Assembly: GCA_964637135.1 (NCBI GenBank)
Contig: CAZWTX010000023.1
Coordinates: 1 to 41,387, forward strand
From: an uncultured Methanospirillum sp.
Lineage (GTDB): Archaea; Halobacteriota; Methanomicrobia; Methanomicrobiales; Methanospirillaceae
DNA: 41,387 nucleotides
Direction: 5' to 3'
In this document: positions 28,512-38,489 of the stretch, piece by piece
Layout: each line of letters opens with the position of its first letter
Position numbering within the stretch: the first letter of the stretch is position 1
Position numbers and translations under genes: made by a program
Notes under the pieces: generated by a model
What the model was told of the DNA's origin: nothing
Seen by the model: the letters and a program-made list of their open reading frames with translations, nothing else
Databases searched by the model: none

Positions 28512-29879
28512 ATGCGTCACCTCGGTGAAGAACTCGCCCAGATAAAGGACCTGCTCAGAACCCGGCCACAGGGAATGAGTATCACCGAGATTGCCTCATC
28601 ACTCGGGAAAAACAAGCATTCTGTAGGGCGGTACCTCGATATCCTTCATGCATCAGGACATGTGGATCTCCGTACCTTTGGCATGGCAAAGGTGTTCACG
28701 CTCTCTTCGCGGGTTCCCCTCCAGGCACTCCTCTCCTATACTTCAGACATTGTTCTCGTGCTTGACCGTGACATGCGGATAAGGCAGGCAAACGAACCGT
28801 TTTTCTCCCTGACCGGCCTTGAACAGGACAGGGTGATGTACCAGGTCATCGACCAGGTCCCTTCTCCATATGAACCCGTACAGGACCTTCTCACCCACCT
28901 CAGGGATCTCATCCATGCATCCCGGGAGCATGTGGAACTCATTCTTGCGACCGAACCACCGCGATATTTCAGGGCAAGGACAATACCAACGGTATTTGAA
29001 GATGGGACAAATGGAATAACCCTTATCCTTGAGGATGCCACCGGTGAACAGGAGGCTCTGCGTTCCCTTCGTGAGAGTGAGGAATTTTTCAGGAGTCTGT
29101 CAGATCACCTTACCGATGGTCTCATCGTAACAGAGGGGGATGACCTTATCTTTGTGAATGACCGGTTTTTCGAGATAACCGGGTATCAGGCAGAAGATCT
29201 CGAAATGCTCGATCCTTTTTGCCTTCCGGTTCCCGAGGAGCGGGACCGGTTTATCCGGACCATTGAAGAAGCATCAAAGAATACCGGAAAGATCAAGGAG
29301 ATCCGATTCTGGGCGTATAAGAAAGATAAAACACCGGTTTATCTCTATATCAGGTTATCACAGATCCCGTTCGGAGACAGGATTCGTGAATACATCCTCT
29401 TTACCGATATGACGGCATGGAAGATCGAAGAAGAGCAGAAGAACCTGCAGCGTACGATTATGGACCGGCTGATGGAAAACTTCCCTCATCCATTCTATAT
29501 CATCGATGCGAATGGCATTTTCCTGATGGCAAATAACTCCTTCTGCAACCTGATAGGACACCCGGGTGACGAAATGAATGGCAGAGATATCAGGGATGTC
29601 CTTCCCGGGGATATGGCAGAAAACCTTACCCGGGGAGATCGGGAACTCGTTTCTGATCATACTCACATCCATGTCGGGAGAAGTGTTGAGTTCTGGAAAC
29701 CGGATGGAAAACGGGGGGAGACATGGATCGAAAAGTCGGTTGTTTCTGCCGGAGAGGATAACCCGAAGTATATCTTCGGTGTCTTTATTGACAAGGTGGA
29801 ATGCCTGGCTATCTGTAAACAGCAGATAACGGACATCACCTCCGGCATAGAGCATGATCCGGGACTTAATCCCCGGTGA
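28512..29879 (+). CDS. One-component regulator: N-terminal HTH plus three PAS domains
   Basis: PQGMSITEIA...VGRYLDIL...FGMAKVF HTH; PAS signatures ANEPF, VNDRFFEITGY, ANNSF; no kinase domain. Confidence 0.88.
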   Translation: MRHLGEELAQIKDLLRTRPQGMSITEIASSLGKNKHSVGRYLDILHASGHVDLRTFGMAKVFTLSSRVPLQALLSYTSDIVLVLDRDMRIRQANEPFFSLTGLEQDRVMYQVIDQVPSPYEPVQDLLTHLRDLIHASREHVELILATEPPRYFRARTIPTVFEDGTNGITLILEDATGEQEALRSLRESEEFFRSLSDHLTDGLIVTEGDDLIFVNDRFFEITGYQAEDLEMLDPFCLPVPEERDRFIRTIEEASKNTGKIKEIRFWAYKKDKTPVYLYIRLSQIPFGDRIREYILFTDMTAWKIEEEQKNLQRTIMDRLMENFPHPFYIIDANGIFLMANNSFCNLIGHPGDEMNGRDIRDVLPGDMAENLTRGDRELVSDHTHIHVGRSVEFWKPDGKRGETWIEKSVVSAGEDNPKYIFGVFIDKVECLAICKQQITDITSGIEHDPGLNPR

Positions 29880-31551
29880 TCATACCGTGCACCGTTTTTC
29901 CCCGTGGAATTACCGGGTATACATTTACCTCCGGGTCGATCCTCGCATCAAGAAGGAACGGCCCTTCTGAAGAGAGTACCGTCGTTATTCCATCATGCAG
30001 ATCAGCAGGATCCTCTATCTGCATCCCATCGATTCCAAACCCGGATCCTATTCTTACAAAATCCGGGGATGGCAGATCAGAAAACGAGTACCGGCGATCA
30101 TAATACTGTTCCTGCCATTGACGAATCATACCAAGCGAATTATTGTTCAGGATCACGATCTTGACCGGTACATGGTACGCAGCGATCGTTGCAAGTTCCT
30201 GGATATTCATCTGAAATGAACCATCCCCGGCGATGAGAACCACCTGCCGGGAAGGGCAGCCTGTTGAAGCACCAAGGGCTGCCGGCAGGCCATATCCCAT
30301 GGTCCCGAACCCGCCTGAGGTAAGATATGATCCAGTTTTTTTGAACATGAACTGTTGTGCCGTCCACATCTGGTTTTGCCCGACTTCTGAAACGATAATA
30401 GCATCATCATCCATCATGGATGAAAGAGCGGTAATGACCGCATGGGGGTGTATCCCGCCGGAAGAACCCGGGACAGATGTTGCATGGGGATTTTTACCGG
30501 AAACCCTGACCCTGGCAGGAGAAGGAACCTTCTCTTGGATCTCCCTGATAATTCGTGACAGGGTATCTTTGGCATCTCCTATAACTGGAAGGTCAACAGC
30601 ACGGTTCTTCCCGATCTCACCAGGATCAATATCAATGTGGATCACCTGTGCCTGTGGAGCAATGGGATTCCCGGTTGCACAGATACGGTCTGAAAACCTT
30701 ACCCCTACGGCAATGAGAAGATCCGTCTCGTGTACAGCAAGATTTGCTGCAACAGAACCGAACATGCCGGCCATACCAAGATAACATGGATGATCAGACG
30801 GAATGGAACTGATTCCAAGGAGGGATGCTACGACCGGTATCCCGAGGAGTTCTGCGAGAGTTACGAGCTCAGCAGATGCACCCGAGAGGATTGTGCCTCC
30901 TCCCGTATAGATAACCGGTTTTTCTGCCTGCAGGATCATTGCAGCGGCCTTCAGAATATTGGTTTGGTAAACCGGAGATACTGGAGGAGAGGAAGCATAT
31001 GCCGCAACCGGCCGGTCCGAAAGATCATTCAGGATATCTGCCGCAAGAATGTCACTGGGAAGATCCAGAAGAACGGGTCCTGGTCTTCCTGACCGGCAGA
31101 GGAAAAAGGCTTTGTCAATCATGGAGCAGATATCACCGGGAGCGGTGATCCTGGCGGCATACTTGGTAACGGTCCGGACAATTTCCGGGGTATCAGCTTC
31201 TTGGAATGCCATTGTCCCAATGAGATCAGTCGGAACCTGCCCGGTCAGCGCAACCAGGGGAATAGAATCCATGAAAGCGGTTGCAATCCCACAAACCAGG
31301 TTACATGCTCCCGGTCCCGATGTCGCCATGCAGACACCAGGTGAGCCGGTAGCCCGGGCATATCCGTCAGCGGCATGGGCTGCTGCCTGTTCGTGCCGTA
31401 CCAGAATATGCCTGATTCCGGAACCAGGAAGTTCATCATAGAGGTCCAGGACATTGGAGCCCGGATACCCGAAGATCGTTGATACCCCCTGCATGCCAAG
31501 CCTGCGAAGAAGAAGAGCCGCACCGGTGATCATGGAACCATCTCCCGGCAT
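29866..31551 (-). CDS. ilvB: Acetolactate synthase large subunit
   Basis: FGYPG, RHEQAAAHAADGYAR, TSGPG, FQE, RFSDR, GDGSFQMN...NN TPP motif. Start may be 31533. Confidence 0.93.
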   Translation of the reverse strand: MPGDGSMITGAALLLRRLGMQGVSTIFGYPGSNVLDLYDELPGSGIRHILVRHEQAAAHAADGYARATGSPGVCMATSGPGACNLVCGIATAFMDSIPLVALTGQVPTDLIGTMAFQEADTPEIVRTVTKYAARITAPGDICSMIDKAFFLCRSGRPGPVLLDLPSDILAADILNDLSDRPVAAYASSPPVSPVYQTNILKAAAMILQAEKPVIYTGGGTILSGASAELVTLAELLGIPVVASLLGISSIPSDHPCYLGMAGMFGSVAANLAVHETDLLIAVGVRFSDRICATGNPIAPQAQVIHIDIDPGEIGKNRAVDLPVIGDAKDTLSRIIREIQEKVPSPARVRVSGKNPHATSVPGSSGGIHPHAVITALSSMMDDDAIIVSEVGQNQMWTAQQFMFKKTGSYLTSGGFGTMGYGLPAALGASTGCPSRQVVLIAGDGSFQMNIQELATIAAYHVPVKIVILNNNSLGMIRQWQEQYYDRRYSFSDLPSPDFVRIGSGFGIDGMQIEDPADLHDGITTVLSSEGPFLLDARIDPEVNVYPVIPRGKTVHGMITGD

Positions 31552-32040
31552 TCACTATCCGGGATCTGAGGATACAACAGAACACCCGGGTTTAAATGAA
31601 AAGAAGACAGTCGATACTGCGATACAGATGCTTTCAGGTTACATGCAACCGGAAAGGATTGTGAAACAATGCCCTTTCGGGCGAACAAAACGATCAGTCA
31701 TGGTTGTCCATCACTGCATATCTGTATGAACCTGATAGATATGAGATTAACGGTCCGGGAGAGGGAGAAATCCCCGGAAAGAACCGTTACCCTGTTTGAA
31801 ATCCAGCCCCCGCCCCGGATACCCCGTTTTAAATGAATGAAACCCGTATCACCGATCAGGACGTTCGATGCGAATTACACCGGTATTCGCAGAATCTGGT
31901 TCCGGTTCATCCCGGGGACCATACAACCAACCCCGCTTGAGTGGTTACCGTCTATGGGAAGGCATTATACCTCCCGATGAATGCGACATTGCACTGACCC
32001 CTCGAAACCATGACATGCGACCCGGGGAATATATACATGA

Positions 32041-32595
32041 ATGTCAGGCCTCCTCTTCTCTCAATCCGAAACAACTCTCTTCTTCCGTGCCCTGAATCAT
32101 GCAGTCATCGCTCATCGCGGTCAGAAAAGGGAAGGAACCGATTTTCCCTATGTTACCCATCCGATCACTGCTGCACGGTGTATCGCTGAGGAAACTGAAT
32201 ACCCCGTCACCCCGCAGCTCATTGTTGCGGCCCTTCTTCACGATATTCTCGAAGATACTGATGAAATAATTGAATCCTTCCCTGAGGATGTCCGAAACCT
32301 CGTTTTGCTGGTGACCGATCCTGACAGGGAAGAAGGACATCGCCTGCGGGCAGTCGAACGAATATTCGGCAATCCGGATGCAATTCTCCTTAAAATGGCG
32401 GATCGTGTTGCAAATCTCAGTGAGGAGAACCCCTTCTGTTCGGTATACCGGGAGATGGATGATGTCAGGGAGAGCACAGAGGCGCTGCTCCGGGCAGCAC
32501 GTGCAGCAGGTTTGGGAGAGACCGATCTGTATCATACCCTCCTGACCTTTTCAGGGGTACATTCCCGGCTCTGTCTGGCTGGAGAAGAGGAATAA
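32041..32595 (+). CDS. HD-domain hydrolase of the SpoT/Mesh1 (small alarmone hydrolase) type
   Basis: AHRGQKR, PYVTHP, ALLHDILEDT, VTD, LKMADRVANL. Confidence 0.88.
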   Translation: MSGLLFSQSETTLFFRALNHAVIAHRGQKREGTDFPYVTHPITAARCIAEETEYPVTPQLIVAALLHDILEDTDEIIESFPEDVRNLVLLVTDPDREEGHRLRAVERIFGNPDAILLKMADRVANLSEENPFCSVYREMDDVRESTEALLRAARAAGLGETDLYHTLLTFSGVHSRLCLAGEEE

Positions 32596-33106
32596 CCGGA
32601 CCCACCAAAACCGGCCATATATTTTGGCTAACCAGATGCGCTGAGGAAAATTTATGAGCTGTGATGCAGGGTATAGCATATGTCCCCGAGACATTCGAGG
32701 CTCGAACGCCAGGTGAAGATCCCGGTCCACGGAAAACAGGCCGGACCGGATCGTTGGAGGCAGATCGAGACAATCCATCACCACCAGATGACCATCCTCA
32801 GACCGGATCGTCCCCATGTCTCCCAGAGAAAAGCCACACTTCCACCAAAACACACTCCCCACTGCCATCCACACGAGGAAGCCCGCGGGCCGCATACCGG
32901 CAGACCGGGCCCTATCAGGATAACCAAAAAGATCTCACGATCCGGAATAAAAACCTGAACGTGCCATGGACGTGGGAGTATAACTAATCTCCCATAACCT
33001 GATATGGTGGGGAAACACAGGTTATCCAGAACCTTCCCTTCGGACCTGAACGGTAAACCCCGCACCGGTTTTGGCAAAGGGATTATCAGGGACGTGTGAG
33101 AACGCG

Positions 33107-33760
33107 ATGAGCAAACGGAAATTATTTGTCGGTAATCTGACGTACTCTGTCAGGGAGAAAGATCTGCTTGAGCTCTTCTCCCGGTTTGGTGAAGTCGTCA
33201 GTGTGAATGTCCTCGAGCAGCGAGGATACGGGTTTGTTGAGATGACGACCATCGAGTCGGCTCAGAAAGCGAGGGAGGCGCTCAGTGAAAAGGAGTTTTT
33301 CGGAAGAAAACTTCTCATAGACGGGGTTATTCCCTTCATTCCATCGGAACGGCGTGCTACAGCGAAACGGAAAAAGCAGAACGGTCCGGGGCAGAAGGGT
33401 TCATGGAAAAATAAACCCGGCGAACACGGAAAAGGCAGAACGGGAAGTAATACCACCCCCGCAACCACCTGGAGCCATCAGAAAAGCGAATCAGACTCGC
33501 TGAGAGAACGTGAGAAGAACACGGCACGGGGCAGTACCAGGAGTAACCGCGAGAGAACTTCCCCTGAACGAAGAGAGCGGGCACATAGACCAAAGTCTCC
33601 CCACCGCTCACCTTCCGGAGAGAGAGAGGGAAAGAGTGGCGGAGGAGAGCGGAGGTATGGAAACAAACCATCCGGGACTGGTGAAAAGAGAAAAAACCAG
33701 GAAAAACCAAAACGGTTCTGGCCACTTGAAACCAGCAGGAAAAAGAAAAAAAATACCTGA
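33107..33760 (+). CDS. RRM RNA-binding protein with a long basic disordered tail
   Basis: RNP2 LFVGNL and RNP1 RGYGFVEM; tail rich in K/R/E/S/G. Start ATG 33107. Confidence 0.9.
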   Translation: MSKRKLFVGNLTYSVREKDLLELFSRFGEVVSVNVLEQRGYGFVEMTTIESAQKAREALSEKEFFGRKLLIDGVIPFIPSERRATAKRKKQNGPGQKGSWKNKPGEHGKGRTGSNTTPATTWSHQKSESDSLREREKNTARGSTRSNRERTSPERRERAHRPKSPHRSPSGEREGKSGGGERRYGNKPSGTGEKRKNQEKPKRFWPLETSRKKKKNT

Positions 33761-33809
33761 TCCAATTCTGCTGACGGGGACCGGTCAGCGGATTCCTCTA
33801 TTTCTCTCT

Positions 33810-34733
33810 TCAGTACCCGATTAAAAACTGGTCAGGAGAATCATCACCAGGTGACTCTATGGATGTCATTGATATGATATCCGAATTATTGCCTTCCATC
33901 AGGAGGGGGAGAAGAATCTCTGAGATGTACTTTTGGATTCCCGGATCATTCCCAATCTGGTTAAATACTTCTTCTGCGCCTTCATAATCCCCTTCGATAT
34001 AACGGGAAACCCCGTCAAGAAGGGTATTCAGATATTCTTCTGATGAATAACCGGTGGTTTGTTCGAATTCCTCCATCATGGCCGGGTCAGATATGACAGG
34101 GAATAGATCATCATTACCAATCACCAGGGAGGAAGGAAGGGTTCCGTTATCATAACTGGCCTGATCAGGGCTGTCACCTGAACCCTCTCCGAAGAGACCT
34201 GACTGGCCGGTTTCATCAACAGGTTCAGGGATATCAACCCGGTGGTACCGGGCATATGCCTTATCTGCCTCTTCAGTGAGATTCAGGCGATCATATGCAT
34301 ATACTAAAAAGAGCCACCCGAGGGAGTGGTTGGGAAGGAACTGGTTGAACCGCTTTGCTTCGATAATAAGTCCGGATAAATCATCATCTGCTGCAAGAGC
34401 GGTCATAAGACCTCTCCATGCCGGTACCGAATAATGATCTAAAAAGACAGCCTGTCTGAAATACCGTTTAGCACATGCCCATTCAGCCCGGTAGAGACAT
34501 GCATTTCCATACGCAATCTCTTCTTTCCCCGAATCTCTCCGCGGATCGTTTCCCCCCTCCCGGAGGGTTTGTAACCTGACCGGGAAATCATCGTAATATT
34601 CCAACTGCTCATTCAGCATCGAGATGACCAGATTATCAGATGCTGGAATTTCCTGATCAACCGGGTCACCAGCAGAACAACTACAAAGTACTATTAAAGT
34701 TGCGAGAAAAAAGACGGTTTTTATCCTGAACAT
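33810..34733 (-). CDS. Secreted/lipoprotein-like TPR protein with acidic C-terminal part
   Basis: Signal peptide ending VLCSCSA; TPR-like helices (GNACLY...AKRYFRQAV; GDYEGAEEVF). Confidence 0.65.
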   Translation of the reverse strand: MFRIKTVFFLATLIVLCSCSAGDPVDQEIPASDNLVISMLNEQLEYYDDFPVRLQTLREGGNDPRRDSGKEEIAYGNACLYRAEWACAKRYFRQAVFLDHYSVPAWRGLMTALAADDDLSGLIIEAKRFNQFLPNHSLGWLFLVYAYDRLNLTEEADKAYARYHRVDIPEPVDETGQSGLFGEGSGDSPDQASYDNGTLPSSLVIGNDDLFPVISDPAMMEEFEQTTGYSSEEYLNTLLDGVSRYIEGDYEGAEEVFNQIGNDPGIQKYISEILLPLLMEGNNSDIISMTSIESPGDDSPDQFLIGY

Positions 34734-34795
34734 AAAAAAGGAATGGACGTTCTTATATAAGAACCAGATGATACAAAATGATGTTATAAGCCTGG

Positions 34796-35197
34796 TTATT
34801 CCCTGACCCGTTCATATTGTTCCTTCACCAGGACACGGACCCGTTCAATTGATTCAATCTGCCGTGAGTAATCGGTTCTGATCTCTTCCTCGATCTGATC
34901 GATAATCTCGTCGGTGGTGAGGGAGAGAGCGTATATTTTTATGGGACGACCCTTATTTTCAGTAATATGGCGGGTAACCCGTACCCATTGCCGCTTTATG
35001 AGATCATTTATTGCAATGCTGACTTCCGGTTGCCTGAGATCAGTACACCGTTCGACCTCCCGTGAAGTCAGATCAAATCCCTTCAGGAACATGACAAGAA
35101 CACGCGATGTGTTCGTTTTCAAGCCAACGGCTTTAAATATTGTCGCGATTTCCTCGTCTTTCTCGGAAAAAATAAAACCGGTACGCTGAACACCCAT
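34796..35197 (-). CDS. Archaeal winged-HTH transcriptional regulator (COG4738-like)
   Basis: TSREVERCTDLRQPEVSIA and KGRPIKIY motifs. Confidence 0.85.
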   Translation of the reverse strand: MGVQRTGFIFSEKDEEIATIFKAVGLKTNTSRVLVMFLKGFDLTSREVERCTDLRQPEVSIAINDLIKRQWVRVTRHITENKGRPIKIYALSLTTDEIIDQIEEEIRTDYSRQIESIERVRVLVKEQYERVRE

Positions 35198-35423
35198 CTT
35201 ATCCCCCCATTATGATCGATTATATACGATGATAATTATAATTAACAACCATATGAATTAACCTTTCGATCACTTTCCCAGATATCCGGGAATCACCTCT
35301 GGATCATGTATCTTTACGGTTCATAAAAAAATTCATCACGATGTAGGCATCAGGTCATGGAACATGGAATCCGGAGAAAAAGGAGAACCGGGGGATATTT
35401 TTGTTTTAGCGATGATTGCCGGT

Positions 35424-35960
35424 TCAGCGGTGACGAAGGCAAAGGAGACCGGTTACTGCTCCAGCCATCCCGAAGAGTGCGGTGAGCGGAGAGACCGGCG
35501 ATTGTTGCCCGGCAGGAACTGTTTCAGCGGGAGGCAGGGATTCAGATGATATCTGCTCGGGAGGCTCCCCGGTCATCCCGTCACGGGGAAAACCTGATCC
35601 CATCTCTCCCGGTCTTTCCTGGGGGCCTGTCCGGTTCAAATCCGGCGCAGGCATCAGTTCCCGGTGCTCTTCCATGATTGCCCGGATCCGATCACGATCA
35701 TCGTTTTCGATTGCTTCTTTCAGGTTTAATGTATCTATTCCGTTCTTTTCAAAGAGGGCAACCAGATGTTCTCCCATTTCTGTAGTTATGGAACCGTTCA
35801 TGGTTCTCTCCGGGTTCCCATGTCCGGGAGAGAAATTGCCATCATGAGGTCCGGGCCCTGCCGGAGGAATTGCACCCGGGGGGACCTGATCAGCCAGCAC
35901 ACCGGACTGGACAGTTATAACCAGGATCACCGTAATTATGCATACTAAGGGACTTTTCAT
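35424..35960 (-). CDS. Secreted Pro/Gly-rich protein with C-terminal SP-motif membrane anchor
   Basis: Signal peptide; C-terminus QQSPVSP, hydrophobic helix, RHR. Confidence 0.7.
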   Translation of the reverse strand: MKSPLVCIITVILVITVQSGVLADQVPPGAIPPAGPGPHDGNFSPGHGNPERTMNGSITTEMGEHLVALFEKNGIDTLNLKEAIENDDRDRIRAIMEEHRELMPAPDLNRTGPQERPGEMGSGFPRDGMTGEPPEQISSESLPPAETVPAGQQSPVSPLTALFGMAGAVTGLLCLRHR

Positions 35961-36110
35961 GTGGATTCACCTAAAAACGCTGCAAACAGGTGGAACACCG
36001 GGATGAGGATGAGCGGGGAACAAATTCCTCACCGGTGACCAACAGTCTGGTACCAAACAAAGTACATCCGTTTGTTAGGACTATCCCTATAAAACATGGA
36101 ACGATCTCTC

Positions 36111-36129
36111 CGGTTGTATGATACAACCG
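36111..36129. promoter_or_regulatory. Perfect 19-bp palindrome, operator candidate
   Basis: CGGTTGTAT-G-ATACAACCG, about 17 bp upstream of minus-strand TTTTATAG (36094-36087). Confidence 0.6.
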
Positions 36130-36612
36130 AATGGTTTGATCTCTCTATGTCATGATGAAGCATCATGCCGACAGGTAAAAACGGATTGAAAGGGGCGTTC
36201 ACAAACAGAAGGGTGGTCCTTCTGCTGCCTGATCCACCATCGGGGTCTCTGGTCGCATTTCAATGCACTCATACGCGGGAGATGCCTTTGCCGGGGTGTT
36301 TCCTTCCGGTGGATCAATATGGAGAGAACAATACTCCTGATTGCGGTATCGGATAGCAGACCTCTGCTGGATTACTGACAACCGGTGACAATCCGGATAT
36401 CTCCGGATCTCTTCCGGGCGGGGATAATACAGAAATCGCATTCTCTGGCTGATGGTTGTATCCTGTTATCCCCGGGATGTACCACGAAGGTACAATCAGA
36501 AAATCATCGATCAGAGGGATAAGATACCCTGATCATGCAGGTTGAATAACCAACACATCAGTGTGATATCTGCATCAGACCAATCACCGTTCAGAATCCA
36601 TCTATCAAAAAA

Positions 36613-37815
36613 TTATTCTGATCTGATGGCCTCGATGGGATCCAGATCTGCTGCCCGCCAGGCCGGAAAAACACCGGAAAGAACACAGATCAGAATACCG
36701 ATTACCATCGCCGAGGGGAGGTACACGAGGCTCTCCAGAGTGAAGAAATAGGCAGTATTCCCCACCATGATGTCCACAAAGAGGTACCCGAGGATGAGAC
36801 TCAGGAACGTTCCGATACCAGAACCCACCAGGCCGATTATCCCGGCTTCATACAGGAACATCCTTCTGATTTCTCCTTTCTGCGTGCCGATACTCCTAAG
36901 AATACCGATCTCCCGGTACCGCTCGGTTACCGACATCATCATCACGTTAAATATGGATACGGCTGCAACAAGCAGGGAAATACCGGCGATGGCCGTGACA
37001 AAGGTGGTCAGGGTTCCTATCGTCGAGGTGATGCTGGATATCATCCTGCTGTTATCCTGTATGCTGACAACGTCCTCACGGCGGTTTAACTGGGCATCAA
37101 CAGCCTCCTTTGCGGCATCTGAATCAGAGATATCGTTGAGAACAATCACCACCGAAGTATACTCTCCTTCGCCACCGAAGATGGACGTATACAAATCCTC
37201 GGTCATCACCATCCCCCGATCCGTATTCATATCCATCGTGTTTCCCCGTTCCTCAATGATCCCGCTCACCCTTACCGAAGTCTGGGGAGGATCATCAGGA
37301 TCACCGATCTTCAGCCGCGACCCGATGGTTACTCCGTAATCAGCGGCAAAATCCGGGCCTACGATCACGCTGTGTGTTCCGGAGGGATACGCACCTTCGG
37401 TCAGGGTCAGGACACTCTTCAGGGTAGATTCATCAACCCCGTACATCGAAGATGAATACTCATCCTGCCCGATGGAGAACTTATCCCGGGTTGAATAGAG
37501 CGGATACGATACCCCGTATTTCGCCACGGCCTTCTCAATATTATTCACCTCTTTTTCGGTGAGGTAATCCTCGTCGTCAGAACCACCACCCATCATGGGA
37601 GGGCCTCCCCCTCCTCCAGAATACGGACTGACAACAAGGATATTGTTCGATTTTGAGAGCTCCGCAGTCACGGAGAGGGTCATATTCACCCCCATCATTC
37701 CCATGGAGGCGATGGCGATAACCCCGATCGTGATACCAAGGGCCGCAAGGATTGAACGGAGAAGGTTGATCCGGATATTCCGCAGTGACAGCCGGAAGAT
37801 GATATCATGGATCAT
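36613..37815 (-). CDS. MacB/FtsX-type ABC transporter permease
   Basis: RSILAALGITIGV, NVMMMSVTERYREIGILRSIG, PAWRAADLDPIEAIR. Confidence 0.95.
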   Translation of the reverse strand: MIHDIIFRLSLRNIRINLLRSILAALGITIGVIAIASMGMMGVNMTLSVTAELSKSNNILVVSPYSGGGGGPPMMGGGSDDEDYLTEKEVNNIEKAVAKYGVSYPLYSTRDKFSIGQDEYSSSMYGVDESTLKSVLTLTEGAYPSGTHSVIVGPDFAADYGVTIGSRLKIGDPDDPPQTSVRVSGIIEERGNTMDMNTDRGMVMTEDLYTSIFGGEGEYTSVVIVLNDISDSDAAKEAVDAQLNRREDVVSIQDNSRMISSITSTIGTLTTFVTAIAGISLLVAAVSIFNVMMMSVTERYREIGILRSIGTQKGEIRRMFLYEAGIIGLVGSGIGTFLSLILGYLFVDIMVGNTAYFFTLESLVYLPSAMVIGILICVLSGVFPAWRAADLDPIEAIRSE

Positions 37816-38489
37816 GAAACAATTCTCCCGTCTTTGAGAATGATGGTCCGCTCGGCATATGCCGCGATGTGATCATCATGGGTGACCATGATAAGAGTTC
37901 TTCCCTCCTGGTGCAGCCGGCTCAGCATGTCCATCACCTGAACACTTGTCTTTGAATCAAGGTTGCCGGTCGGCTCATCACAAAGGAGGATGTGAGGATC
38001 ATTCACGAGGGCCCGTGCAATTGCCACCCGTTGCTGCTGCCCGCCGGAGAGTTCAACGGGTTTATGCCGGGCAAGTTCCTCATTGATCCCGACACTGTCA
38101 AGAAGCCGGGTCACTTTTCCGGTAAAATCCGGTGTCCGGTGCTTCAGAATGTAGGGATATTCGACATTCTCGTATGCCGTCAGGAGCGGGATGAGGTTGA
38201 ATTTCTGGAAGATATTTCCGATGGAATTCAGCCTGAGATCGGTCAGTTCATAGTCAGTCATCTCGGTGATACTCACCCCGGCGATTTTTAGATCCCCTCT
38301 TGTCGGGACATCAAGGCAGCCAAGCTGGTTGAGCAGGGTTGATTTTCCGGATCCTGAAGGCCCCATTATCGCGACGAACTCACCTTCGTTCACCAGGAGA
38401 GAGACCCTGTCAAGGGCAAGGACGTCACCTGAAGGGAGGTGATAGATTTTTGTCACCTCTTCAAGTTCCACGACAGGTTTCATCATCAA
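37812..38489 (-). CDS. ABC transporter ATP-binding protein (LolD/MacB type)
   Basis: GPSGSGKST, LSGGQQQRVAIARAL, CDEPTGNLD, VTHD. Confidence 0.96.
   Translation of the reverse strand: MMMKPVVELEEVTKIYHLPSGDVLALDRVSLLVNEGEFVAIMGPSGSGKSTLLNQLGCLDVPTRGDLKIAGVSITEMTDYELTDLRLNSIGNIFQKFNLIPLLTAYENVEYPYILKHRTPDFTGKVTRLLDSVGINEELARHKPVELSGGQQQRVAIARALVNDPHILLCDEPTGNLDSKTSVQVMDMLSRLHQEGRTLIMVTHDDHIAAYAERTIILKDGRIVS

Noticed and set aside
31643..31705. Short minus-strand ORF upstream of ilvB as an attenuator leader peptide
   Set aside because: The peptide MTDRFVRPKGHCFTILSGCM is not enriched in Ile, Leu or Val, and no terminator/antiterminator pair is evident. Coordinates are approximate.
32551..33077. 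Several overlapping 90-114-aa ORFs, or a possible RNase P or SRP RNA
   Set aside because: No recognisable protein motif. The GAGGAAGCCC stretch lacks the rest of the RNase P consensus, and I saw no SRP helix-8 motif. A small minus-strand gene cannot be excluded.
35233..35244. TAATTATAATTA palindrome (similarly TCATAATTATGA at 39980-39991)
   Set aside because: Short AT-rich palindromes in promoter DNA are expected by chance; not enough support to call them operators.
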